DNA from: a virus
Lineage: Duplodnaviria; Caudoviricetes
Direction: 5' to 3' (one strand)
IMG/VR virus record: IMGVR_UViG_3300021400_000095
Length of the DNA stretch: 64,000 bases
Shown here: positions 31,233 to 40,866 of the stretch, piece after piece
How positions within the stretch are numbered: the first letter of the stretch is position 1
Layout of the letters: every line of letters starts with the position of its first letter
Translations under genes and position numbers: made by a program
Notes under the pieces: generated by a model
Database searches by the model: none
Seen by the model: only the letters and a program-made list of their open reading frames with translations
Told to the model about the DNA's origin: nothing

Positions 31233-33170
31233 TTATCTAATCTTGCATCTTATTATAATATCATTATTGACATCCTTGATTTCAAGCATTGAATCATTGT
31301 TTGAATAAACAATGTAATCTGAAGCCTCCAAATCAATTTCAGAATAGTTACCTAAACCTCTCCATTCAAATACTTGTCCTGTTTCCTGTGTTGTTCTTGA
31401 TTTTGAATAATTTCCACCAAATAAATTATATACTTTCAAATCAATCAAATTCAAAACACCATCAACCTTTGAAATCTCTTTCTTGATGTCACCAATGAAT
31501 AAATCATCACCCATGTTATGTTTATTAATGTCCATGTAATCAGTAATTACTTCAACAATACCAGCCATAACATCTGCCTTATTATAACTCTTATCAATAA
31601 ACACATCAACAGTAAATCCTAAATTAATGATTTTACCAGACTTAATCTCAATATAATCATTAACCATCCTGTATTCTGATAAATAATCCCTTACATTCTC
31701 AGCCAAAACAGTTGGCAATGTGTCATCTAATTGACCCTTACTGTTCAATCCAAGTAAATATAACATTATTTTGTTGTTCTCTTCATTACAACTAACTCTG
31801 AATGGTGTCCCAAATTTTGGTGGCATCTGTAATGTCCTTGCAACATAATCCTTAACAGTAACACATCTATTCTTACTACCACTGTTATATTTAATCAAAT
31901 ATCTAAGTTCATCTGCTGTTGGTCTGTCCTTGCCAGAAACAGATGGTGTTGTACTAACAACTGAAATACTTTTCTTAACAGCATCTCTAAGACTTATATT
32001 GTCACCACCAATTTCACAATTAAGGTATGAAATATGATTTATTGCACCTTTAGCAACATTACTCTTCTTCCCACCACCAACTCTATATAATACAAATATT
32101 GTTGAATTTGGCCTTGGTAAGTAACCTAATGATTCATTCTTGATGATTCTTGATATTAGAAATTGTGAAAATGGTTTTCCTTCACTAATATCAACCTCAT
32201 CATTATTTGGGTCAACTCCTGCACCAAATATGATTTTTAAATACCCTCTATCTGTAAACTCAGTAATAAATTTATTTGTTACAGGCTTCCACTCACCCTT
32301 TGTTACACAATATGTCACATTGTTACAATCATCATATGCATATTTATGCCCACCATTTTTTTCACCATCAGCAACTTCCCAAATCTTTTGTTGTGCCAAT
32401 GACTCTACCTCAAAAAATCTTCTTGTTTTAATTGCATTGTCATTTTCACATTCAATGTCTTGTGTTGTTGAATAAAACTCACCATATGTTGGATTTATGT
32501 AAAGATTTGTACCCTCTCTTACAACAATTGATTCAACATTCATTGCATCTTCATCTGGAAGAACAATTTCCATAAATGGATATATATCACTGTTGCCAAC
32601 TGTCTTCTTGAATATCTTACTCTCACCTGCAACAACAACTGCTAATTTTGTTACCCTGTAACTGACAACAATGCTATTTGAATTGAGATTTGGTAAAATT
32701 GTTCTATCAGGATTTCCTCTTGAATCAAATTGTTCTGAAAAATCTACATCATCCAATAATTCAAAGTTTTGTGAACCTGCTGTTAATCTTGTACCCTTTC
32801 TAATAATTGGTGCATAATGATAATCAGGACCAATATCACCTTCACTATTTATTGGTAATGTGCAACTGAATTCAACTTCAGCCATTGCACCTTTAGGACC
32901 AGGAACTTTAAAACCATTGTTTCTGGCCAGTGCATATAATGAGCCTGTCTCTGATGCACTATCAATATTTGTCTCTTGAAATACTCTGTCAATATGATAA
33001 CTTAAATTATCAGCAATATCTGCATTAATATCAATAAGCCATGAACCAACAGAAGCATCATTGTAATTCATTTCAAGTTCAGGATAATATTTCTTTGAAA
33101 AATCAATTAATGCTTGCTTATAATCTTGATAATTCCTGTTTAAATAAGAGATTGTCTTTTTTTCAGCCAT
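31233..33170 (-). CDS. baseplate wedge protein (T4 gp6/baseplate J-like)
   Basis: YLNRNYQD..., LSYHIDR..QE..IDSA....SLY.LA...G, YRVGGG..SNV, RCVTVKDY; adjacent to the gp25-like gene. Confidence 0.85.
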   Translation of the reverse strand: MAEKKTISYLNRNYQDYKQALIDFSKKYYPELEMNYNDASVGSWLIDINADIADNLSYHIDRVFQETNIDSASETGSLYALARNNGFKVPGPKGAMAEVEFSCTLPINSEGDIGPDYHYAPIIRKGTRLTAGSQNFELLDDVDFSEQFDSRGNPDRTILPNLNSNSIVVSYRVTKLAVVVAGESKIFKKTVGNSDIYPFMEIVLPDEDAMNVESIVVREGTNLYINPTYGEFYSTTQDIECENDNAIKTRRFFEVESLAQQKIWEVADGEKNGGHKYAYDDCNNVTYCVTKGEWKPVTNKFITEFTDRGYLKIIFGAGVDPNNDEVDISEGKPFSQFLISRIIKNESLGYLPRPNSTIFVLYRVGGGKKSNVAKGAINHISYLNCEIGGDNISLRDAVKKSISVVSTTPSVSGKDRPTADELRYLIKYNSGSKNRCVTVKDYVARTLQMPPKFGTPFRVSCNEENNKIMLYLLGLNSKGQLDDTLPTVLAENVRDYLSEYRMVNDYIEIKSGKIINLGFTVDVFIDKSYNKADVMAGIVEVITDYMDINKHNMGDDLFIGDIKKEISKVDGVLNLIDLKVYNLFGGNYSKSRTTQETGQVFEWRGLGNYSEIDLEASDYIVYSNNDSMLEIKDVNNDIIIRCKIR

Positions 33171-33174
33171 AATA

Positions 33175-33564
33175 TTATATCTTTATACCAACACTGGTCT
33201 TTTCAACCTTATTACCTTTTTTAACACTATAATGTACAATGATAATCATTGAATTTTCATCATTCTCATCTGATGAAAATGTAATGTCATCAAACATGAC
33301 ATTCTCAACATATTTCCCAATATCTGTTGTTAAACTTGCCTTTAACTCATTTAATGTTGTCTCATCCTTTGGTCCAAATATATACTTGATTAAATCAGTA
33401 CCAAAATCAGGATTCCTTAATCTCTGACCCTTTGGTGTGAATAAGACATGTAAAACTTGTGATTTTACACTATCTGTCATTGTATCATTTAAATCCAAAT
33501 ATACCTCATCCAAATTCTCTGAAGTAAATGGATACCTTATTCCAAATTTTTGCTGTATTGCCAT
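33175..33564 (-). CDS. GPW/gp25 family baseplate protein
   Basis: LFTPKGQRLRNPDFGTDL..YIF signature. Confidence 0.9.
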   Translation of the reverse strand: MAIQQKFGIRYPFTSENLDEVYLDLNDTMTDSVKSQVLHVLFTPKGQRLRNPDFGTDLIKYIFGPKDETTLNELKASLTTDIGKYVENVMFDDITFSSDENDENSMIIIVHYSVKKGNKVEKTSVGIKI

Positions 33565-33581
33565 TTTTATAAATCTTTAAC

Positions 33582-33591
33582 TATAAATAGT
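33582..33591 (-). promoter_or_regulatory. putative phage late promoter ACTATTTATA
   Basis: Exact motif heading the baseplate operon. Confidence 0.6.
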
Positions 33592-33685
33592 TAATATTGC
33601 TTTTTTCCTTATCATTAATTTAAGGTTTATTATTTATAAAATAAAGCAAAAAATTACTATATTATATACAATATAAAATGATAAT

Positions 33686-33708
33686 CCCCATGGTTTTTTC
33701 CCATGGGG
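33686..33708 (-). terminator. intrinsic terminator after glycan operon
   Basis: CCCCATGG-7nt-CCATGGGG hairpin just past the stop at 33719. Confidence 0.7.
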
Positions 33709-33718
33709 TTTTCTTATT

Positions 33719-35389
33719 TTATATTCTTGTTCCTTCAACCAAATCAAAATCAACTTCATATCTCTTATTTGGTTTGAAATTCTTTTGTACCCACAGTGTC
33801 CAAAGTCTTTCACATAAAAATGCAGGAATCATACTTTGCCATTTTAATACTTTTGTATGTATGTTTTTTCTTTCTTGCTCACTAAATCTAATATATTTTC
33901 CATTTTGGATGTTATTTATGACATGCTCATTTAATTTCCTTTCATCAGTTATGTTGTTTCTTTTTATCCACTCTGAACAACAATTAAATAAGAACTCACA
34001 ATATTCATCATATTTTTCTGCTTTCATAATAAAGCCTGATGAATAATAAAGATTTTCTCCATGCTCAATATATTCATTCCAATATCTTCTATATTCAGGA
34101 TAAAGTTCACCAACAACTTTTCTCATTGATTCAAGGTCATCAATGCAATGTGAAAATCTATAACCACCTCTAACTGTTTTTGCTGGAATATAATCATAAT
34201 TCTTTGGATAATTATATGGTTTTGCACAAATTACATCATACTTTTCAAAAATCTTATCAAAATCAGTATTTTCATCAATTCCTGTAAATCTTCTTCTGTA
34301 TTGACAATTTCCCTTATATTTTGCATCCTTTACATTTTTCCAAATCCAATATACACCAGTATTTTCTGCATACATATAATTTTCACTTGAAATATTATCA
34401 CCTGTATTGTCTTTAAGATAACATACATTTCTATGGTTTACATCTGCACCACATTGCAATGGTGTCATAATTGTATTATCAATGAAATCATAATCTTTCT
34501 TATCATAACATAACATGAAAAGTTGTACATCCTTTCTCTTTTCAAAATCAGGAGGGTCAATTGGAAGTAGGTATGACATGTCAATACCAAGTCTTTCTTT
34601 TACCATATCAACCTTTTCCTTTGTTACTTCATTATATCTGAAAAATCTTGTTTCTGTATATGATTCTCTTTTTTCATCATTAACAATATGGTCAGGAAAA
34701 CCTTTTTCCATCTTATTACAATATTCTTCAATTGTTTTTGTGCTATAATGTCTAATATATGCCAAACTATAATTATAAACAACAAATGGTGTTGTATCCT
34801 TGCAAGCATTTCCTACTGAATCACATTGTCCTACAACATTAATAACATGTGGATTTGAAGGGAATTTAACATTTGTTAAACCACCTCTTGCAATTGATTT
34901 AATATGATAGTTTTCAGGGAACTTATATGCAATTTGCTTATTATAGTCTATTGGTGTTTTGAACCTTTCAACAACAGGTTTATCTTCATAATGAACAATA
35001 CCATTATCACCATAACACATCCAATTGATTTTAATTCCATTAAATGGCTTGAAAATATCTCTTGAAAGGTATTCATCAATGGTTTTGTCTTCCACAAGTG
35101 TTAAAAACTCATCACAATCAAAAAATGCAATCCAATCATATTTATTACCATATGTTGCATAACATTCTGCATATGCATTTAACTGGCACACTGATTTATT
35201 TCTATAATCTTTAATAATAACAAAACCTGAATCAATATAATCACCAATTACATCTTCAAAATGTTCTTCACCATCATAGTTATTATCAAATAAGCATATA
35301 TTGGTAAAACCAAGATTTTTATAATATTCAACATATTCCCTAATATATTGATTTTCTTTTCTTCCAATGCAACAAAGTAATGTTTTCAT
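33719..35389 (-). CDS. glycosyltransferase fusion (GT-A, Glyco_tranf_2_4/GT92-like + DUF4422)
   Basis: EN.YIREYVEYY..LG, WIAFFDCDEF DxD motif; C-terminal DNTGDNIS..N..Y.E.TG.YWIWKN...YRR and LCERL. Confidence 0.8.
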   Translation of the reverse strand: MKTLLCCIGRKENQYIREYVEYYKNLGFTNICLFDNNYDGEEHFEDVIGDYIDSGFVIIKDYRNKSVCQLNAYAECYATYGNKYDWIAFFDCDEFLTLVEDKTIDEYLSRDIFKPFNGIKINWMCYGDNGIVHYEDKPVVERFKTPIDYNKQIAYKFPENYHIKSIARGGLTNVKFPSNPHVINVVGQCDSVGNACKDTTPFVVYNYSLAYIRHYSTKTIEEYCNKMEKGFPDHIVNDEKRESYTETRFFRYNEVTKEKVDMVKERLGIDMSYLLPIDPPDFEKRKDVQLFMLCYDKKDYDFIDNTIMTPLQCGADVNHRNVCYLKDNTGDNISSENYMYAENTGVYWIWKNVKDAKYKGNCQYRRRFTGIDENTDFDKIFEKYDVICAKPYNYPKNYDYIPAKTVRGGYRFSHCIDDLESMRKVVGELYPEYRRYWNEYIEHGENLYYSSGFIMKAEKYDEYCEFLFNCCSEWIKRNNITDERKLNEHVINNIQNGKYIRFSEQERKNIHTKVLKWQSMIPAFLCERLWTLWVQKNFKPNKRYEVDFDLVEGTRI

Positions 35390-35392
35390 ATT

Positions 35393-36202
35393 TTATTGTT
35401 TATTTTCCTCATTATTACCAAAAATATCTTCCATTTCAATCTTATCAGCTTCATAAATGCTTTCCTTTGGGAAATTATGAAGAATATATAAAGTAAACAA
35501 TCTTTCAGCCAAGAAGCCACAAATTCCTTGTTGGTATTTTACCCAATCCCAACCTATCTTTTCCTTATCAGGAGGGCATGTTGGTTGTGAGAATGTCTGA
35601 ACATGATGTTCCAATCTATCTTTGTTTGAAATAAAGAATGATTCCAAGAAAACATTGAGAACCCCAAAGACAAATTCACATGCCTTATCAAATTTTTCTT
35701 TCTCACAAATAAAACAATTTGCTGGATATAAAATATGACCATTGTTCATGTATTTGTCCCAATCATTGATATAATCAGGGAAAAATCTTTTCACAATATA
35801 TTCAATGGTAACAAAATCAACATAACTATGACACATGAAATAATTAAATTGAAGTGTTTGGTTGCCAAGGTCTGTTGGTTTGAATGTAATGATTTCTTTT
35901 TTATTCAATATACTACTGATATCCTTATATGAAAGACCAAATCTTCTTCTATAATGTTCACTACCAACATACTTGACATCTTTAACATTTTTCCATACCC
36001 AATACATTCCAGTTAACTCTCTCATACAATCATTTAATATTGAAATATTATCACCTGTATTGTCACAAGTCTCACAAATTTCAACATCCTTATGTAATTC
36101 TTTGCCAACATGTAATGGTGTATGCATTTCATCATCAACCAAGCCATACTCTGGCATCATATGAGTATAGCAATACAATTGTATTTTATTTGATTTCTTC
36201 AT
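35393..36202 (-). CDS. DUF4422 family glycosyltransferase (WbbM-N/WciB-like)
   Basis: PLHVG...DNTGDNIS.LN...ELTG.YWVWKN...HYRR, GFLAERL; start corrected to ATG at 36202. Confidence 0.8.
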   Translation of the reverse strand: MKKSNKIQLYCYTHMMPEYGLVDDEMHTPLHVGKELHKDVEICETCDNTGDNISILNDCMRELTGMYWVWKNVKDVKYVGSEHYRRRFGLSYKDISSILNKKEIITFKPTDLGNQTLQFNYFMCHSYVDFVTIEYIVKRFFPDYINDWDKYMNNGHILYPANCFICEKEKFDKACEFVFGVLNVFLESFFISNKDRLEHHVQTFSQPTCPPDKEKIGWDWVKYQQGICGFLAERLFTLYILHNFPKESIYEADKIEMEDIFGNNEENKQ

Positions 36203-36209
36203 TTTTTTA

Positions 36210-37322
36210 TTAAAATTTAAAATATGATAAAGCTCTTTCAATTGTTGGTGACATATCATAATATTTATATTCTGCAAGTCTTCCACCAAAAACAACATTT
36301 GGTTTATTTATTGAAAGTTCTTTATACTGATTATATATTATATTATTTTTATCATTATTAATTGGATAAAAAGGCTCATTTTGTCCATTGAACATTTCAG
36401 GGTATTCTTTTGAAACAATTGTATGATTTATTTTCATTACATCTTCTTTATTCAAACATTCAAAATACTTATGTTCAATGCTTCTTGTATAATCAACCTC
36501 AGTTGTAGTATAATTGATGACTGCTGTTCCTTGATATGATGGTGCATCATATTGCTTGGTTTCCCATCTTAAACTTCTATAGTCAAGTTTTCCAAATTTG
36601 TAATCAAAGAACTCATCAATACAACCTGTGAATATAATATTATTTGCCAATCCATCAAAATATTCTCTATTATCAAAATAATTACAATTTACTTTAATTT
36701 CAATACCTTTTAATAAAGAATCAAATAATTTATTATATCCCCCAACTGGGATTCCTTGATATATGTCATTGAAATAGTTGTTATTCCATTCAAATCTTAA
36801 TGGAAGTCTTTTAATTATATCAAGTGGTAACTCATTACATGGTTTTCCCCATTGCTTTTCAGTATAACCTTTTATTAATTTTTTATATATTGTTGTTCCA
36901 ACCATTGATATTGCCTGTTCTTCAAGATTCTTTGGTACAATATCTCTTGGTCTCTCTGATTCTATTCTCCTTATTGCATCCTCAGGTGTTATTACATCAT
37001 TCCATATCTCATGAAATGTATTCATATTAAATGGTAAATGATATAAACCATTATTTTCACCACAAAATGCCAATGGTTGATTAATGTAATTGTTAAATGT
37101 TACAAACTGATTTAAAAAATCCCATACTTTTTTATTAGATGTGTGAAAAATATGTGGGCCATATTTATGAACATTAATGCCATCAATATTTTCACAATAG
37201 CAATTCCCACCAATATGTGGCCTTTTATCAATAACAAGACACTTATAACCAAGTTGTTTTGCCATATAAGCAAAAACACAGCCAAATAATCCTGCACCAA
37301 CAATTAAATAATCATATTGCAT
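36210..37322 (-). CDS. glf: UDP-galactopyranose mutase
   Basis: YDYLIVGAGLFG, HIGGNCY, HKYGPHIFHT, YTEKQWG, GGRLAEYKYYDM. Confidence 0.97.
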   Translation of the reverse strand: MQYDYLIVGAGLFGCVFAYMAKQLGYKCLVIDKRPHIGGNCYCENIDGINVHKYGPHIFHTSNKKVWDFLNQFVTFNNYINQPLAFCGENNGLYHLPFNMNTFHEIWNDVITPEDAIRRIESERPRDIVPKNLEEQAISMVGTTIYKKLIKGYTEKQWGKPCNELPLDIIKRLPLRFEWNNNYFNDIYQGIPVGGYNKLFDSLLKGIEIKVNCNYFDNREYFDGLANNIIFTGCIDEFFDYKFGKLDYRSLRWETKQYDAPSYQGTAVINYTTTEVDYTRSIEHKYFECLNKEDVMKINHTIVSKEYPEMFNGQNEPFYPINNDKNNIIYNQYKELSINKPNVVFGGRLAEYKYYDMSPTIERALSYFKF

Positions 37323-37326
37323 ATTA

Positions 37327-38070
37327 TTAAAATTTTAAATCACCAAAAATTGTTTCTATTTTGTCAACCTTTTTAACTTGACAACTTGTCTTATTAATAT
37401 AATATTTGTCAATTTTATTTAAAACACTTGAATTCTTTTTCTCTTTAATATATGCTGCACACCACACACCAACATATTTGAATATGTTTTTGTAATCAAA
37501 TTCATCATTATATGTTATGTTGTCCATGATTTTCAATGTCTTCAGATAATCAATATTATTTTGATTATAATATTTTAACAAATTCATGCCAAGGCAAACA
37601 TCATCAACACCTGTATAACATTTATCTTTAATGAATTCAAAAATATCCTTCATTATTTGTTTATTTATAACAATAAAATTACCTCTTAAAAATGGTGCAC
37701 CTTGACTTTCAGCATTTGATAAGAGGTATCCACCATATAATTCCCTAACATTTGGGTCTAACCTATCCAATGTGTTTAATAATAGTTCAACATTTATCCA
37801 AGTACTTGTATTTGTTCTAACAATAAAATCATACTTGTTACTATTCCTGAAAACAGATAATGCCCTTATTGTTTTGGTAAATGTATGATTTAAATCATCA
37901 TCAGATTTAAGTTTTAAAACATCACCTTCAAGTGTATCTGTGCCATCACCTCTATAAAAAATAAGGTCACATCCTTTTCTTAATCTGCTACCCCATGTTT
38001 TCCTAATGATTTCTTCCTCTTCAAGAAATCTTTCTTGATTACAAGATTGTACTAAAAATAAAACTCTCAT
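37327..38070 (-). CDS. GT31/galactosyltransferase-like glycosyltransferase
   Basis: L..KT..AL....YDFIVRTN.ST.IN, F.RG, DDV..G pattern. Confidence 0.65.
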   Translation of the reverse strand: MRVLFLVQSCNQERFLEEEEIIRKTWGSRLRKGCDLIFYRGDGTDTLEGDVLKLKSDDDLNHTFTKTIRALSVFRNSNKYDFIVRTNTSTWINVELLLNTLDRLDPNVRELYGGYLLSNAESQGAPFLRGNFIVINKQIMKDIFEFIKDKCYTGVDDVCLGMNLLKYYNQNNIDYLKTLKIMDNITYNDEFDYKNIFKYVGVWCAAYIKEKKNSSVLNKIDKYYINKTSCQVKKVDKIETIFGDLKF

Positions 38071-38942
38071 TTTAAATCATATAATTTATTGGTACTTAGA
38101 CAAAAAACAGGTTTTTTTGTTATTCTATTTATTTCTTTGGCTTGTTGGTCATCTGATTCAACAAACAATTTATAATCACTCAACTTATTATACACATAAG
38201 ATTTATATAGCCAAGAAGGTGTTTTAGCCCTTTCTTCATATGAATCAGAATTAAACATATAAACTAGTTTTTTTGTCAGCCCAACACTATCTAAAAACTT
38301 AAAGGTTTGCTCCTTATATTTTATTAATCTATATGTACAAATTGTTATTTTGTCCAAAGTTGGTATTATTAGTGGTATTGGATTATCTATATATTTTACA
38401 TATTCATCAATTTTTCTCTCATCAGGTGGTTCAACACATAAAACACCATCTAAATCAAAAATAGTCTTTTCCATAATACCAGGATTTGAAAATAAATTCC
38501 ACTCATACAAGCATATACCAAATCCACTATTTTTAACATTTTTACTAATATCCACTAAATACAAATCTGGTTTATCAATCATACAACTTCCTTCAAGATA
38601 AACACACATAAATATGAATTCATATTCATTGTTGAATTTACTTAATTTCAATCTATTTTTCTTTGTCTCTGTCCCATTATAACAAGTATCATCTACAACT
38701 AAAATTTTTTTTGACTCAATGCTTCTTAGTTTTCTATTACCATGATTTGAACTAAAAACATCAGCACCCTTTTCAATAAATTCATTAATAGTACATAGCC
38801 CAACATTTAATTGACCTGCAATTATTGTTGCAGGTAACATTCCACTTCTTGGAACACCAATGATACCTAAAACATCTTTTGGTATTTTTGTTATATTTGT
38901 TTTAATATCTTCTATTATCTTTTGGTATGAAATATATTCCAT
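38067..38942 (-). CDS. phosphoribosyltransferase-HAD phosphatase fusion
   Basis: IGVPRSGM.PA and KILVVDDTCYNG (PRPP loop), then IFDLDGVLC (HAD motif I) and FVESD. Confidence 0.8.
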   Translation of the reverse strand: MEYISYQKIIEDIKTNITKIPKDVLGIIGVPRSGMLPATIIAGQLNVGLCTINEFIEKGADVFSSNHGNRKLRSIESKKILVVDDTCYNGTETKKNRLKLSKFNNEYEFIFMCVYLEGSCMIDKPDLYLVDISKNVKNSGFGICLYEWNLFSNPGIMEKTIFDLDGVLCVEPPDERKIDEYVKYIDNPIPLIIPTLDKITICTYRLIKYKEQTFKFLDSVGLTKKLVYMFNSDSYEERAKTPSWLYKSYVYNKLSDYKLFVESDDQQAKEINRITKKPVFCLSTNKLYDLK

Positions 38943-39586
38943 TTGAAATATTTACAATTAAAAATTGACTTATCTAAAACTACTATTTCTGTATTTGTTT
39001 TCCATTTAGCATAATATAAAGAGAGTTGGTCTCTGTGGCTTTTATTTTTTACCTCATTCCACCAACATTCCATTAGTTTTATGCATTCTGAATTATTGTG
39101 ATATCTGAAAATGATGGAATTTTGTGTTAAGCCATAATTTTCAGGAAACCCTTCTTTTTTATATCCTTCAACTTGTTCAAACATTGTTTCCTTTTTGTCT
39201 TTTTTAAGGTCAACAAGTGCTATTGCTTCATCATATATACAATTTCTCCCATATGGGTGTTTTCCAATAAAAACATAACCCTTGTCAGGTGTACAATTAT
39301 TTCTAACATACTCATTGATGTCTCCCTTAATATCAATATTACCATCAATGTAAATTGAAAAATCATATTCAGGTAAATATTTGTGGGGCAATATTTTGAT
39401 ACACCTGTTTTTCTTTGAATCTGACAATTCTTTTAATTCATCTGGAATATATCTTATTTCCCAAAAATCACTTTTCAAATTTTTATTATCAGTAAAACAA
39501 ATATAATCAAATCCATCTTGTTTTGGTTGGTTCTTTAATGTGTCATAATTACCTGCTATGACTGTATATATAACCTTTCTGTTCAT
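38915..39586 (-). CDS. DUF616 (TOD1/MUCI70-like) glycosyltransferase
   Basis: VIYT.I.G.YD, DYICFTD, KILPH.YL..YD.SIYIDGN, HP..RNCIYDEA, RDQLS. Confidence 0.85.
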   Translation of the reverse strand: MNRKVIYTVIAGNYDTLKNQPKQDGFDYICFTDNKNLKSDFWEIRYIPDELKELSDSKKNRCIKILPHKYLPEYDFSIYIDGNIDIKGDINEYVRNNCTPDKGYVFIGKHPYGRNCIYDEAIALVDLKKDKKETMFEQVEGYKKEGFPENYGLTQNSIIFRYHNNSECIKLMECWWNEVKNKSHRDQLSLYYAKWKTNTEIVVLDKSIFNCKYFKWNIFHTKR

Positions 39587-39661
39587 ATTTTTTTATGGGA
39601 AAATAAACTAAAAAAACATTAAAATCAAGTATATTGGTAAAAATCATTATAACAGTTATTA

Positions 39662-40024
39662 TTACTTACTTAATATCTTGATGAATTTTTTAATTAGTAG
39701 CAATAAAGTCTTAAACAACATATCTATTGACTTGTGATTCATTATTTTAAACTTCAAATTCTGCCACCAAGTCAATGATACATAAATTTCACTGTTATTA
39801 TTGTCTTCCCTTCTTAACTGATACACATATTTATCAAACACCTTAACATTAAGGATATCAGTATATTTCACTTTATCAGTTCTATATATTTTATAAAAAA
39901 TGTTTGGCTTATTGCTAATATAATAGTTATTTCCTACTATTGTAATGGTGTTATTTTTATCATAAACTTCTAATGTACCATCTGCTTCATTAAGTTCATT
40001 AGCTTTTAAGTTCTTTATCTTCAT
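39662..40024 (-). CDS. hypothetical protein
   Basis: 120 aa ORF overlapping the stop of the ATP-grasp gene. Confidence 0.6.
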   Translation of the reverse strand: MKIKNLKANELNEADGTLEVYDKNNTITIVGNNYYISNKPNIFYKIYRTDKVKYTDILNVKVFDKYVYQLRREDNNNSEIYVSLTWWQNLKFKIMNHKSIDMLFKTLLLLIKKFIKILSK

Positions 40025-40865
40025 TTTTTTTTAAATTTAACAAATCACCAATTATTTTATTATATTTACTATCCTTATAATGGAAAAATCCAGCGCCAGG
40101 TGTAAAGGTAAGTTCACCAATATATAATTTACCATTAATTTCATAAAAATCTACTCTTACAAACTTAAAATCTTCTGACAAAACCTTAGCATATTCAATC
40201 ATTTTATCAAATGTATTTGGTTTTTGTGGATTATATGGCATTGGTCTAAAATCAGTTCTTTCAATGTCAAGTTTATTGAAATTCATGTCATAATAGTTCA
40301 TCCTACCATGACCATTTCCATCATTAATTGTCATGAATTTTGGTTCACCATTAAAACACCAGAATTTATAATCAAACAATGATTGTTTTTGTCCTTCATC
40401 ACTCATATATTTTTCAACAAAAATTCTATGAGGAATATCATGATAATGCATTTCATAACCAACATGGAATGCAAAATCATCATTCATGAAACCTTGTAAT
40501 CTTCTTTCAGCATCAGCAATATTTAATGTGCTTTTATCTTTTACAATAATATTCATTCCTGAACCATGATTACATTTGATAACAAACTGATTTGGTAATT
40601 CATCCCAATTTATATCACTAACCTTATCATAAATTTTAATGATTGGAATGCATAAATCAACACCTAATTTCTCCTTACAATAATCATGCAATTGGATTTT
40701 ATCAGCACATCTTGTTTTCAATGGTGTTGAATCATAGATTTTCATCCAATTAAGTTTATCTTGAATTGTTACAGGATTATCAAGATTATAGCCAATGCCA
40801 TGCCTTTTACATAAATTAATTAATGGCTCTTTATATTTCTCAAATCTTTTATCCAATTCTTCCAT
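39999..40865 (-). CDS. TupA-like ATP-grasp amidoligase
   Basis: NP.T..DK..W.K, ADK, LPNQFVIKCNHGSG, DYKFWCFNG, FVRVDFY...GELTFTP; start corrected to ATG at 40865. Confidence 0.9.
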   Translation of the reverse strand: MEELDKRFEKYKEPLINLCKRHGIGYNLDNPVTIQDKLNWMKIYDSTPLKTRCADKIQLHDYCKEKLGVDLCIPIIKIYDKVSDINWDELPNQFVIKCNHGSGMNIIVKDKSTLNIADAERRLQGFMNDDFAFHVGYEMHYHDIPHRIFVEKYMSDEGQKQSLFDYKFWCFNGEPKFMTINDGNGHGRMNYYDMNFNKLDIERTDFRPMPYNPQKPNTFDKMIEYAKVLSEDFKFVRVDFYEINGKLYIGELTFTPGAGFFHYKDSKYNKIIGDLLNLKKNEDKELKS

Positions 40866-40866
40866 A

